Shown: one piece after another, positions 9,454 to 19,758 of the stretch
Numbering within the stretch: position 1 is the stretch's first letter
Layout: every line of letters begins with the position of its first letter
Assembly: GCA_049999805.1 (NCBI GenBank)
Contig: JBNGIO010006185.1
Location: 250,019-270,018 of the forward strand
DNA length: 20,000 bases
Direction of reading: 5' to 3'
From: Folioceros fuciformis
Taxonomy: Eukaryota
Translations under genes and position numbers: made by a program
Notes under the pieces: generated by a model
The model's input: only the letters and a program-made list of their open reading frames with translations
The model's database searches: none
What the model was told of the DNA's origin: nothing

Positions 9454-11226
9454 TCAGTTGGGAATTCTGTCCTTCAGGTACTGCAATAGAGCTTTGGTTC
9501 CACGCTCCAGGAGAGGGCGGCGGATGGTACGGAGGGGGTTCCCTTCCACCTTCAAGCTACGGAGGGATGACTCCAGCAAACCCAGCTTCGGAGGCAGGAC
9601 AGAGATGTTGTTGTCTGCCAGGTTCAGCTCTTCCAGCTGTGTCAATTCAACGAGACCTTCCACGACGACTGAGATGGAGTTTTGGCTCAAGTCTAGGACT
9701 CGCAGGTTAGTCAAGAGGCTCACGTCAGCTGGTATTTCCTGTAGCTGCATTCGCTGGAGTCTGAGTTCCTTGAGGTCAGGCATCTGTGAGAGAGAGGGGG
9801 GAGGTGGGAGAGGAGCCTTGATGCCACTCAGGTCCAGTATATGCAGCTTGGAGACGCCTGCAAACGCATCCTGAGGAAACTGAAGCAGTGGATTGTGAGC
9901 CAGCACCAAATGACGAAGGTTAGACAATGACGACAAAACAGAACCTGGCCATTCTTGGATCTTGTTGTCAGCCAGGAGAAGAGTAGTGAGAGAGGAGCAG
10001 CTCTGGACCTCGGGGGGGAGCTGCTGGATGTTGTTCTTGCAAAGATCCACCGTAGTGACTGCATCCCCTGCCCACACTTCGGCAGGAACAGCATCTAGCT
10101 TCAACCCTGCGAGTGAGAAGACCTTGGATGAGACTGCCTGCCTTGATGCCATAACCACTACCTCCTGTACATCTGCCCCGAAAACATTGCCAGAGGCAAC
10201 AGCTGCAGTGCTGGCCACTTCTGGCACCGGCAGCCTGCTTCTTAGGAACTTGAGCAACGAAGGTGTTGATCCAGAGACCATAGAGCTTCGCAGAGACCGT
10301 AACGGATTCCCTATAAGTACCAGCTTCCGTAAGGTTGTCATGTTCCCAAGTTCTGCCGGCAAACCTGCCAAGTTATTGTTGGACAAGTCCAGAACTGAGA
10401 GACGCAAGGAGCAAGCCTCCACGGGAAACACTGTAAGCTGGTTGCCATGCAAGTCAAGAGTGGCCAGCGCTTTCAGACAGCCCATCTCCGGCGGGAGAGA
10501 CGAGATGCGATTCAGGCCAAGGGACAGTTCAGCAAGAGAAACACAACCAGAAATGGCAGGACACAGAACTGAGATGCGGTTCTGATGAAGATCCAGCCGG
10601 ATCAAACGCACAAGTACCTCCAGCCCTCCAGGCATCTCCGTCAAACAATTTTTCGCAGCATTAAGCTCTGTCAGAGAAGGGAAGCACCCAAGGTTAAGCA
10701 GCTTCACAAGCTTATTCCCCTCGGTCTCAAGCACTGTCAGACGGGAGCAGCGCGCTAGCTCCTCTGGCAAGGTGGTGAGTCTGTTATTCGATATCCTAAG
10801 ATCAACCAGGTCCCCGCAGTTGCCAATGGTAGAAGGAAGGTTCTCCAACAGGTTGTTGGAACACTGCAACTTGACAAGTGCCGACAGACACCCTATCTCG
10901 TCAGGTAGCTGAGACAAGAGATTACCCGACACATCGATTGACTTTAGCAGAATCAGGCTGCCGATTGAAGAAGGCAGGCTTGCCAGCTTATTGTAACTGA
11001 GATTCAAAAGGGTCAAGGACGTCAGGGATCCAATATCCTCAGACAGAACCTTAATACTGTTGTGCGCAAGAATCAGTTTCTGCAACTCCACCATCTCCCA
11101 CCACTTCTCATCTGAGCCAGGTGCAGTCTCGATCGGGATGTACACTTGAGGAGGCACCTCCGTCAAAGCCCTGTTAGACAGATTGAGAGAGCCAGACGCT
11201 CGTGCTGCTTTCAGCAGCTTCTCCAT
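9454..11226 (-). CDS. LRRC40: Intracellular leucine-rich repeat protein, LRRC40-like (At3g15410 / rice IRL6 type), 590 aa, single coding exon
   Basis: Uninterrupted ORF with N-terminal MEKLLKAARASGSLNLSNR..KWWE.VELQKLILAHN, many LxxLxLxxNxLxxLP repeats, an internal GNPLRSLRSS..GSTPSLLKFLRSRL and C-terminal GNPLRTIRR..RGTKALLQYLKDRI. Confidence 0.92.
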   Translation of the reverse strand: MEKLLKAARASGSLNLSNRALTEVPPQVYIPIETAPGSDEKWWEMVELQKLILAHNSIKVLSEDIGSLTSLTLLNLSYNKLASLPSSIGSLILLKSIDVSGNLLSQLPDEIGCLSALVKLQCSNNLLENLPSTIGNCGDLVDLRISNNRLTTLPEELARCSRLTVLETEGNKLVKLLNLGCFPSLTELNAAKNCLTEMPGGLEVLVRLIRLDLHQNRISVLCPAISGCVSLAELSLGLNRISSLPPEMGCLKALATLDLHGNQLTVFPVEACSLRLSVLDLSNNNLAGLPAELGNMTTLRKLVLIGNPLRSLRSSMVSGSTPSLLKFLRSRLPVPEVASTAAVASGNVFGADVQEVVVMASRQAVSSKVFSLAGLKLDAVPAEVWAGDAVTTVDLCKNNIQQLPPEVQSCSSLTTLLLADNKIQEWPGSVLSSLSNLRHLVLAHNPLLQFPQDAFAGVSKLHILDLSGIKAPLPPPPSLSQMPDLKELRLQRMQLQEIPADVSLLTNLRVLDLSQNSISVVVEGLVELTQLEELNLADNNISVLPPKLGLLESSLRSLKVEGNPLRTIRRPLLERGTKALLQYLKDRIPN

Positions 11227-12646
11227 CGTGGTAAGCTATTGAGGACCAGCTAGCTATTCCATCCCCCACAATCCTCTAAGACTGAGGAAATCCCGACAGA
11301 CAAGAAGCAGCACTGTCGTCCACTAAACAGCACGCAGTGAGGGATGTTATTATGCCGTGTCTTGACCGCATACGTGAGAAGAGTGATGTTCAGCATTCAT
11401 CTGACTGCGATGGCAGAAACATTGGCCCCGTCAGGAATGAGAACTGAATGAATATTCCAAACCACGATTCCAGTATCTCCTCCGGATTCCATGGTAAATG
11501 ATGTGTCACATATCAGGACAAACCAGACCAGCTGAGTGCAGCATCTGAGGGAGATGTTGGACAGGGAGAACTTTTGAAACTGTCATCCAGCCGAAGGCCA
11601 GTGCATAGACAAGCGCAGCAGACCTTAGATGATCACAACAGCTTCTCTGTTCCTGGGACGAAATGGAAGAGACGGAAAGGAATTCCACCAGCCTCCACAA
11701 GCTCCAGCTCCTGTTCCTCTCGGAAGCAGTTGGTCGAGACTGACGGCTCACGTGGACCAGGATGAGACGCGAATGGCTCCGGCGAAAACGGGACCAAAAT
11801 GGTGGTCAGGTTTTTAGGTCAGGCAGCGGCTGCCGAGCGATTGTCACACTGACACGCCAGGGGTGGGGATCGAGAGGGACAGACCGCTGCTGGGGACCTG
11901 AGCAAGGTACAGATAATATTTTGTGTGTGGCAATTATGTGTGTTTGGTGTACACATGTCTGCAACACTATCCACAAAAGACTTCCATCAGCAGTTGTGGT
12001 CCCCAAGACTGGCAGAGATGTGCCTGTCTGGTCAGCTTGCTTTCTCTGAAATTGAGAGTTGCCTGCTGTACAGTCCTCAACGCCGCTTGGGAGGAGGTCA
12101 ATGCAAGGGGGCTATGTGGGGGCCCTGCATACTGTATCTCTTGCGAGGGCATGGGGGAGTGGAGGGATTGACGTCTCCCGTAGCACACACATTGGGCAAG
12201 GGCGGAGCAGGAAAAGGGTTGATTGCGGATCGAGCCTGCAGGGCCTGAATCACAAGTTTTTCTCCTGCCTTTCCCTGAGCAGGAGTGCAACAATTTTGTT
12301 GCCGCTTGCAAGCAGTTCCTCCTGCTGCAAAATCCATAAGCAGATTGTTTTGGAGGACGGGGAATTTGGCAAGCATGTTTCTGCTGGTGGTAGGAAGACG
12401 AAGGGAGTTGTGTTGGGGTTTACGGTCCAACCACTGGCATGGACCAGAAGGTGTCCTGCTCCTGTCTCATGTCGTCCTGACATTGCGTGTTGTTGTTCTC
12501 CACAGTCCATGATGCAGTCCTCTCCCCCGGAATCAACTGCTGACGAGGTCTTTATTGGGAACATTTTTCTGTGGTGGAATTGAGTCCTGTGCCTTGCAAC
12601 CGATGAATTGTGATTGACGTCTGATGGCTGTTTTAGTGGGGTGCAG

Positions 12647-14624
12647 ATGGAGGAGGCATCTAGCAGAGGTTACTCTGTTGAGGAGGCAATTGAAGCTGTT
12701 GGGTTTGGCCGTTATCAGAAGTACCTGCTGGCTTATGCTGGGATGGCATGGGCAGCTGAAGCAATGGAGATGATGCTGTTGTCTTTTGCTGGACCAGCTG
12801 TCCAGCAAATGTGGAATTTGTCGACTCGGGAGGAGAGCATTATCTCGAGTATCGTTTTTGCTGGCATGATGATTGGAGCCTACTCTTGGGGCATATTATC
12901 TGACCTGAAAGGCAGGAGGTGTTCCTTTTTCCGTTTGGTTTCTTCCTCATTTCCGTGTATGGTTGATATCATGGTCTCAAACGTACCGACTGGGGTTTGT
13001 CTAATCTGATGTCTCACTTATCTGCAGGTTCGGGTTTTTTGCAACAGCAGTTCTTACCTTCATTGCAGGCATCCTCAGCGCATTTTCCCCAAGTTATTAC
13101 GTGTTGCTACTTCTGAGGGGTCTGGTCGGCGTTGGGCTGGGAGGGGGGCCCGTGCTGTCTTCTTGGTTTATGGAGTTCATTCCTTCTCCAAAACGAGGGT
13201 TCTGGATGGTGGTTATCTTTTTCTTCTGGACAGTAGGGTCAGTTGCAGAGGCTTCTCTCGCTTGGGTAAGAGTAACAAACACCTGCTGACTTTCTCAAGT
13301 ATTGGCTGGTTGACGTTCTTGCAGCTGTTACATTCTGATCCAAAATGTTGCTCGTATGAATGAGTCTCGAGTGAGGATTTTTGCCAACTGTTTGATTTCG
13401 GGGTGTGCAGTGTGTGATGCCTACCTTAGGATGGCGATGGCTGCTGGGACTATCTGCTGCACCGTTGGGCGTCCTTCTTTTCTTTTATTCACGAGTACCA
13501 GAGTCTCCAAGATATCTAGCGGCAAAAGGTGACATAGAGGGAGCTGAAAGAGTTTTCCAGTCTATGAGTCGAGTAAACGGCAAGTCCCTTCCACCAGGGA
13601 AACTAGTACGACCCTTGGCATCAGGCAAAGAAGTTGAGATTGTGCAACCAAGCAGTAGCTCGAAATGGGGTGGTGGAAGAGAAGTCGCCGATGGAATAGA
13701 AGATGTGCATCTTCTTCCAAATTCATCTGAAACAAAATCAAATAAACCGAGAGAGGTGGTCCCGATGATATCAACTCTGCTGTCACCTACACTTATTCGT
13801 TCGACACTCATTCTGTGGCCGGTCTTTTTTGCCAATGCCTTCACATACTATGGCTTGGTGCTTCTCACAGCCCAGTTGAGTGGTGGGGGAAGGGGGTGTG
13901 GTTTGGACATGACTGTGCTGCCAGTGGCAAATGAAGGAAGCAGCCACCTGTACAGAGACGTGTTTGTGACTAGTCTAGCAGGTATCTGCGTCTCTCCTCC
14001 TCGATTCTCCTAGATTCAATGTTGAAAGTTGGGAGTTCCACAAGGGAATACGGAGCGTGCACCACATCCACAGTGGGGCTGAAAAATGACAGCTGGCTTG
14101 GATGCTTGTGCAGAACTTCCTGGTCTTGCAGTGGCAGCAGGGTTCGTGGACCTGCTGGGCAGGAAGCTGTCCATGGCGGGTCTGTTCGGTTGCAGTAGCC
14201 TTTTCCTCCTCCCACTCATCCTTCCGCAATCTGAGAATATGACAACATTCTTCCTTTTCGGAGCCAGAGCAAGCATCACGGGGGCTTTCACAGTTCTGTA
14301 CATCTATGCTCCCGAGGTTCGTGGACATCCTGCTGACCTCGTTCTAACTTTCCTCGTTGCTCTTGCATGGCTTCCTGACCAAGTTCGTCATTGCAGGTCT
14401 ATCCCACAAAATCGCGCTCAACCGGACTGGGTATTGCCAACTCGTGTGCCCGTGTTGGAGGTTTGTTGTGCCCATTAGTTGCTATCGATCTTGTAAGGGG
14501 TTGTCAGCAATCTCTAGCCGTAGGCTTTTTTGCAGCAGTTTCACTGCTTGCCTCTGTGGCAGTTCTTTTGCTTCCTGTGGAAACCACAGGGAGAGCTCTC
14601 TCCGATATTTCCAGTGATCAGTAG
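12647..14624 (+). CDS. OCT7: MFS transporter, SV2-related organic cation/carnitine transporter 7 (NiaP-like nicotinate transporter); 5 exons: 12647-12918, 13028-13265, 13411-13981, 14114-14316, 14397-14624 (about 503 aa)
   Basis: Motifs YSVEEAIEAVGFGRYQ..AEAMEMMLLSFAGP, MFS motif A GILSDLKGRR, LRGLVGVGLGG, PESPRYL, FFANAFTYYGLVLLT, ELPG..DLLGRK, YIYAPEVYPTKSRSTGLG and PVETTGRAL. Introns are canonical. The ATG directly follows an acceptor (gtgcag|ATG), implying an upstream intron. Confidence 0.93.
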
Positions 14625-15072
14625 GTTATATCGGCAGTTTTGCTCGAGAGGAGATGTAGGTTTTGAATGAGACACTGCGATGGTGGGTGTCTCTGCCCGG
14701 TCTTCTGCACAGCACTCTGGAAATATACGTGCCTTCGACACGTCCTTTCTTTTTCTACAAACTTCAAGAATTGTCACTCAGAGAAAGAGATCTAAGATCT
14801 ATCCAAAAAGTCGCCTTTCCGGCGTGTCGGCCAGGAAAGTGAAGGAACTACATTTCAATGAAGTTAGTTCACCATGCATTCCTAAAGCCGCCGTTGCCCT
14901 CAGGGTTGCTCCTGCATTGGTCTTGAGAAGACACTTGACTGAAATAGTGCCATGAAGTGTGACTAAGATGATTGTATGTTTTGATGAATTGGTCCTTGGT
15001 CAGAAATCAGATTGTGCACTTCAGAGCACAAGGATCAGTTCTGCGATAAGGAGTAGCTACAAACGGTTTACT

Positions 15073-17598
15073 TCACCTGGGGACACACAGCATTTCATTA
15101 GCAGTGGTTTGAGGCAAGGGATACATAGAAACAGGGCCCTCCGTCTGATGAGGAATAGGGAGGTTGCTGAAATGTGTCTTGGAAGCCCTGCGTGCCGAGA
15201 GAGCGCACGCAGCAAGTGGGTCACTCCTTCCGCCAGCCAGCTTGCTGCAAAACGCAAACATTTGGAGTCAGGAGTACGACATGGCGGTGGGTCTTGCAAA
15301 TGGGGCAGAGAAGAGTTCGGTCGTCGTGATGAGCTGCCAGGTAGGAGGGTAAGGAGCCTACTTGCGAGCTCTCTCTGCAGCCATCCTAGCGTGATCAAGA
15401 ACGTCTCTGGCTGGAACTTTTGTTGTAGTGTGTCCACGTTCACGCATGGGAGAATGGATGGTGATTAGCTGTGCCATAGTTACGGCAGGTGAGAATGAGT
15501 GAGAGGGGGAAAAGGACAATGGTAGAATGAGTCTAAGCTTTACCCCAAGACACTCCATCATTTGGTAGTATGCTCTCCCTTGGAGAGGTGCATGCCCACC
15601 CCTTGACTCTGAAAAGTATCTTGTCCTGTCACACGCAAGCAGATCTCACTTGCACAGGGACTAAGGACAAAAAAATGACAGCATCAAAGGTCAGGTTGGT
15701 ACCACTCCATGTATCCAGGGTCCACGGTGAACCCGTACATGTCCACAGTTTCACAAACAGACAATGCAAACTCGAGAGCCTTGAGGCCCGTGCCCTTGGC
15801 TGCATCATTCATGTGCATGCCCAGTAGCAGATACACCGGGTTGGTGATGGGAACTTCCTGCAGAGATAACCGAGAATGAAGCACATTCTGACGCGCCATG
15901 TGTTAGGAACCACAAGATTGACCAGCTTGAGGAGGCTGTAGAGTGCCTTACCCGGATCATTTTGCTCATTACATCATGGATGGTGGTCTTCACTATGAGA
16001 ATCTCCTGGCCAGTGGCTGAAAAGAGAGCGACCAGCTTCAGGCCTCCTCTCAAGTGATAGGTCTATGATGACGGTAGGTGCCGAACTCACCATCTAAGGC
16101 AGCAACTTTGTCTAAAGCCTTGGCAGATCCACGATTCAAGAGCCGAAATGTGCTCTTCCTGCCTACATGTTGAAAGAAACCCTGCATCAGAACACTCATG
16201 TAGTCAAGTTGCTGATATTACTGGAATTGCCCTGATGAGCACCAGGTTCTCCTGCTAGAAGCAGATCGTTTTGTGCGCCAACCTGTGTCGGAGCCCCATT
16301 CCCTCGCATCACTGCGTCATATGTGTCGATTTCTTCTCCAAACTGTGTCTTGAGGAGGTCACCAGAATTGCCCACAACTGCACAGCGTCTATACTGACGT
16401 GGGTGGAAAGGAGACACATCCGGCAAGACGAGTGCGAGCTTCTCCTTGCATACGGACACATTTCTGCAATTGTTCCTGCACGGTAAACAGGACCATGAAT
16501 TTCTCAAAGCATCAGCAAAGGAGCAATGGAGACCATCCTGATGACAAGACAGACCCATTGCCCTGAAGCTCCAGTAAACCACACGGCCTCACTGCTTCAC
16601 CTGAGTGTGGTGCCTCTGGGACCTAGCAATGAGCCCCACATTGACCTTCCGCCCTGAGCATATAGCTCCCGCAGAAATTATGGCAATTGCAAACGTCGTG
16701 TATATGCATCATAGTCTGGAGCACTGACGATCAAGGAGGACAGAGCAAAGGAGAGAAGCGGCCCATACAGTTGGTCCCCCTTATTGATTCGTTGCCAGGC
16801 GTACTTGTGCCACCCATCTGGAATGCCTTCTATGTACTCCCTGGTCAAGACGGTGCTGGTATTACGAATCTGCAAATCAACCAGAGCTTAACAATTTGCC
16901 CATCAAAAGGGATGGTGGCAGAAGCAACAATTTCTCTGGGAATTCTCAGAGATGTCTAACCTGTTCCCAAACACTCAACACTTCACAGAGATCAAAGTCA
17001 TATGCCAGGCCTTCCAGATGCCCGGTCTTCGTGTCGTTCTACGGATATCATCGAACAATCGCCATCAACAGGATCAACCATGAAAGAAATGCTGGCCACG
17101 AGACAACATCAGAGAAAACCTCATCTCCATCCCCACTTCACAACAGGCCAGGATCATACCCACATAGGCTTGGTCCCTGGTGGATAGGCAAAGCGGACTC
17201 GACATTCGTCAAGTGGAATGGCTTCCAACCCCCACCCGTTGGCAGCCTGCACATGGCCACCAAGCACATGTTCACTCATCGACATGCAAACAGAGGCTTG
17301 GCCATGGATACTGAATTCAGCGGCATGCAAAATAAGTTCAGCTTACTCACAACACATTGCCCAAATGCCTTCTGCAGCACTTTCAAAGTCTTGGAGTCTG
17401 CTGGAGAAAGACGGCCCCTTGCTAGAGAAGACAGTTCCACATGCACGACCATAAGATGAGGAAAACTTTGCTGCCATACACCAGTGACGAAAGCCCCTTG
17501 AGCTCACCCAAGTACTCGGTGAGAACCTTCATATAGAGACCTGTGAGCACAAGGCCCAGGCTCACAGCCACAGCTAGAGCTGTGCGCAGCGGCTTCAT
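15073..17598 (-). CDS. SIA2: Sialyltransferase-like protein 2 (glycosyltransferase family GT29), type II membrane protein; 12 exons: 17598-17508, 17421-17351, 17246-17160, 17038-16961, 16869-16769, 16475-16283, 16181-16091, 16016-15952, 15857-15703, 15625-15544, 15468-15362, 15244-15073 (about 430 aa)
   Basis: N-terminal TM segment, sialyl-motif [54 protein letters not shown], motif [49 protein letters not shown] and SMYP..LC. It is closer to At3g48820 (SIA2) than to At1g08660. An alternative in-frame ATG exists at 17646. Confidence 0.93.
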
Positions 17599-17689
17599 CT
17601 CAAGAAGCCTCAGGAATCGTAGGTGCTGTCGTTTAGGGTGCAACATTTTGTAAAAGAGTGTTGGGTTCGGATCTGCGGCGGTGCCGGCT

Positions 17690-18541
17690 ATGGCGATCGC
17701 CAGGACGGGGGTGTTTGTGGACGACTATCTGGAGTACTCGAGCTCGCTGCCTGCGGACCTGCAGCGGGTGCTGTCTACCATGCGCGAGCTGGATGAGCGC
17801 TCTCACGGCATGATGGCCCAACTCAAGGAGCAGACCCGGCTGTGCCTCACATTGCCGCCTCAGCATTCCAAGAAGGTGAGCCCAGAGCAGGAAGAAACCG
17901 TGGAGAAGTTGAGGAAAGAAATCGAGACGAACCAGGACACCATTCTGAGCCTGAGCACCGAGAAGGTGCTGCTGGCTCAGCAGGCGCACGACCTCATCGA
18001 CAGCCACGTGAAGCGGATGGACGAGGATCTCACCCAGTTCGCGGACGACCTGAAGCAGGATGGCAAGATCGCTCCCGACGAGCCTGCCATTCTCTCGCCC
18101 GTCGTGAGCAGAGATGAGAAGAGGAAAGGAGGCCACTTGTACTCGCCTTTGGCTAAGAGGGCGGATTCCAGGCCTGACGGCCGGGAGCGGGAGCGAGAGA
18201 GGGAGAGGGAGAAGGACAGGGAGAGGGAAAGGGACAGAGAGCGGGAGAGGGAGAAGGATTTCGAGCTGATGCCCCCGCCAGGGAGCTTCAGGAAGAAGAT
18301 GGCACCGGGCCCCACGGACCTCGACCAGCCCATCGACCCTGATGAGCCCACCTACTGCATCTGTGGGCAGGTTTCCTTCGGAGACATGATCGCGTGTGAC
18401 AACGAGAATTGCGAGGGCGGGGAGTGGTTCCACTACCAGTGTGTTGGCATCAGCTCGGAGCCCCGGGTGAAGGGGAAATGGTACTGCCCATCGTGCAAAG
18501 TTCTGCAGCGCCGAGGTCTGCTGGATTCTCTCATGCAGTGA
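17690..18541 (+). CDS. ING2: PHD finger protein ING2 (inhibitor of growth family), 283 aa, single coding exon
   Basis: It starts [16 protein letters not shown] as in plant ING2, has the ING coiled-coil ([36 protein letters not shown]) and a C-terminal PHD ([44 protein letters not shown]). The true start is the ATG at 17690, not the GTG at 17681. Confidence 0.96.
   Translation: MAIARTGVFVDDYLEYSSSLPADLQRVLSTMRELDERSHGMMAQLKEQTRLCLTLPPQHSKKVSPEQEETVEKLRKEIETNQDTILSLSTEKVLLAQQAHDLIDSHVKRMDEDLTQFADDLKQDGKIAPDEPAILSPVVSRDEKRKGGHLYSPLAKRADSRPDGREREREREREKDRERERDREREREKDFELMPPPGSFRKKMAPGPTDLDQPIDPDEPTYCICGQVSFGDMIACDNENCEGGEWFHYQCVGISSEPRVKGKWYCPSCKVLQRRGLLDSLMQ
18182..18259 (+). repeat. Purine-rich low-complexity tract encoding an Arg-Glu/Asp dipeptide repeat in ING2
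   Basis: cgggagcgggagcgagagagggagagggag... encodes [26 protein letters not shown]. Confidence 0.85.
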
Positions 18542-19611
18542 CCTAGCTCTTGGCAGCTAGCTGGTTTGAGCTGGTCCAGGCACAGACCGAGAGAGTTATG
18601 TGAACCAACATGGGTACATGAGCTACGTTGCTTGTTCTATCTGATGCTGCAAGGGTGCTCACGTCAGAGCTATTATCTCCAGGCTCTGGCATCAATGCTT
18701 CCCTTCAGGTCCTGCAGGGTATGAGAATTTAGACATGGTGTCCTGTCAGCGCTCTTTAGCATGCCTGTGTAGCATGTGCAGCCAGCTTGCTCACCTTGCA
18801 CTTCTTTGGTCAACTGAATGCAGGATTGAACATTCCATCGCCGCAATCCATGGTGGAGCACTGAAAAGCTACCTGTCCGGGGTACCTGTGTGAGAACGTT
18901 TTGGGCACATGTTGATGGGTATTTTCTCTGCAGCCCAGCAGGTATGGACAGCTTGATGTATACCTCTGGAGGCCAAGGTCAGAAGTTTCATGACCTTCCT
19001 GCCTACGATTGAAACAAACGTTTTCATTCTTTCAGATTGATCCCACCAACATTAGAACCGGACTTTGGCCTTCCCTCATCCAACGATCAGATTGACAAGC
19101 CTTATCCTTGCAGAGCAGCGACAGATATCATTCATCTCTGCAGCAGGGACTCTATGAGGTAAGCGCCGGTTTCCATGAGCCCCATTTAAGCTATAGACAT
19201 GCTGTGAGCCTGGGACAAGTCCCATGCACTGCTGCTCAGAAGAAGCGTTTTCTGATCAGGAAGATCACAGGATTCATATCCATCAAGGCCTTCCGAGAAG
19301 GACTCCCGCACATTAGGACGTCTATGCCATTTTCTCTGATCAGTAAGAAGGCACTTCCTGGTGGTGATGATTTCCAGCTCTAATATCTCTAATCGACCGA
19401 CATAGAAACCGCGACTGTACGATGGCATGAAAACTGGGAAATGGTAAGAACGAAATTTGGATACTGGGCTCCACTATCCCACGCGTATAGAGGTTCCCAG
19501 ATATCACTTCGTGCAGGAGGCAAATGCATTCAGCATGCGGAACACGTGGCATAGACAATAGTGGACCAAGAAGGCGACGAGATCAGGTTTACAGTCCTAT
19601 TCGATCTGGTG

Positions 19612-19694
19612 TCACAAGGGCTACAAGTCACAACGTAGCTTGGCACTGGATTTAGAAGGGTGCTGAAGCTACGTCGTAACATGAACCCTTGTAA
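19612..19694. repeat. Imperfect inverted repeat (35-bp arms, 13-nt loop)
   Basis: Left arm 19612-19646 tcacaagggctacaagtcacaacgtagcttggcac versus right arm 19660-19694 gtgctgaagctacgtcgtaacatgaacccttgtaa. Perfect cores are acaaggg/cccttgt and acgtagctt/aagctacgt. Confidence 0.75.
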
Positions 19695-19758
19695 TTTTTA
19701 TTACATTCAAGTTAAATAAAGATATTATTTTGAAATACCACAATGGAAAACCATTCGT

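Noticed and set aside
9962..10585. 207-aa plus-strand ORF
   Set aside because: It is an antisense shadow of the LRR gene.
11500..12600. Cluster of 60-170-aa ORFs between the LRR gene and OCT7
   Set aside because: They overlap on both strands, are Cys/Trp-rich without motifs and mostly have non-ATG starts; more likely promoters, 5' UTRs and UTR introns of the divergent pair.
17633..18433. 266-aa minus-strand ORF
   Set aside because: It is an antisense shadow of GC-rich ING2; the LPLPLS tract mirrors the RE repeat.
19625..19648. miR536 identity for the hairpin arm (shares GUGCCAAGCU)
   Set aside because: Only about 10 nt resemble the miR536 sequence as I recall it and the rest differs, which is not enough to name it.
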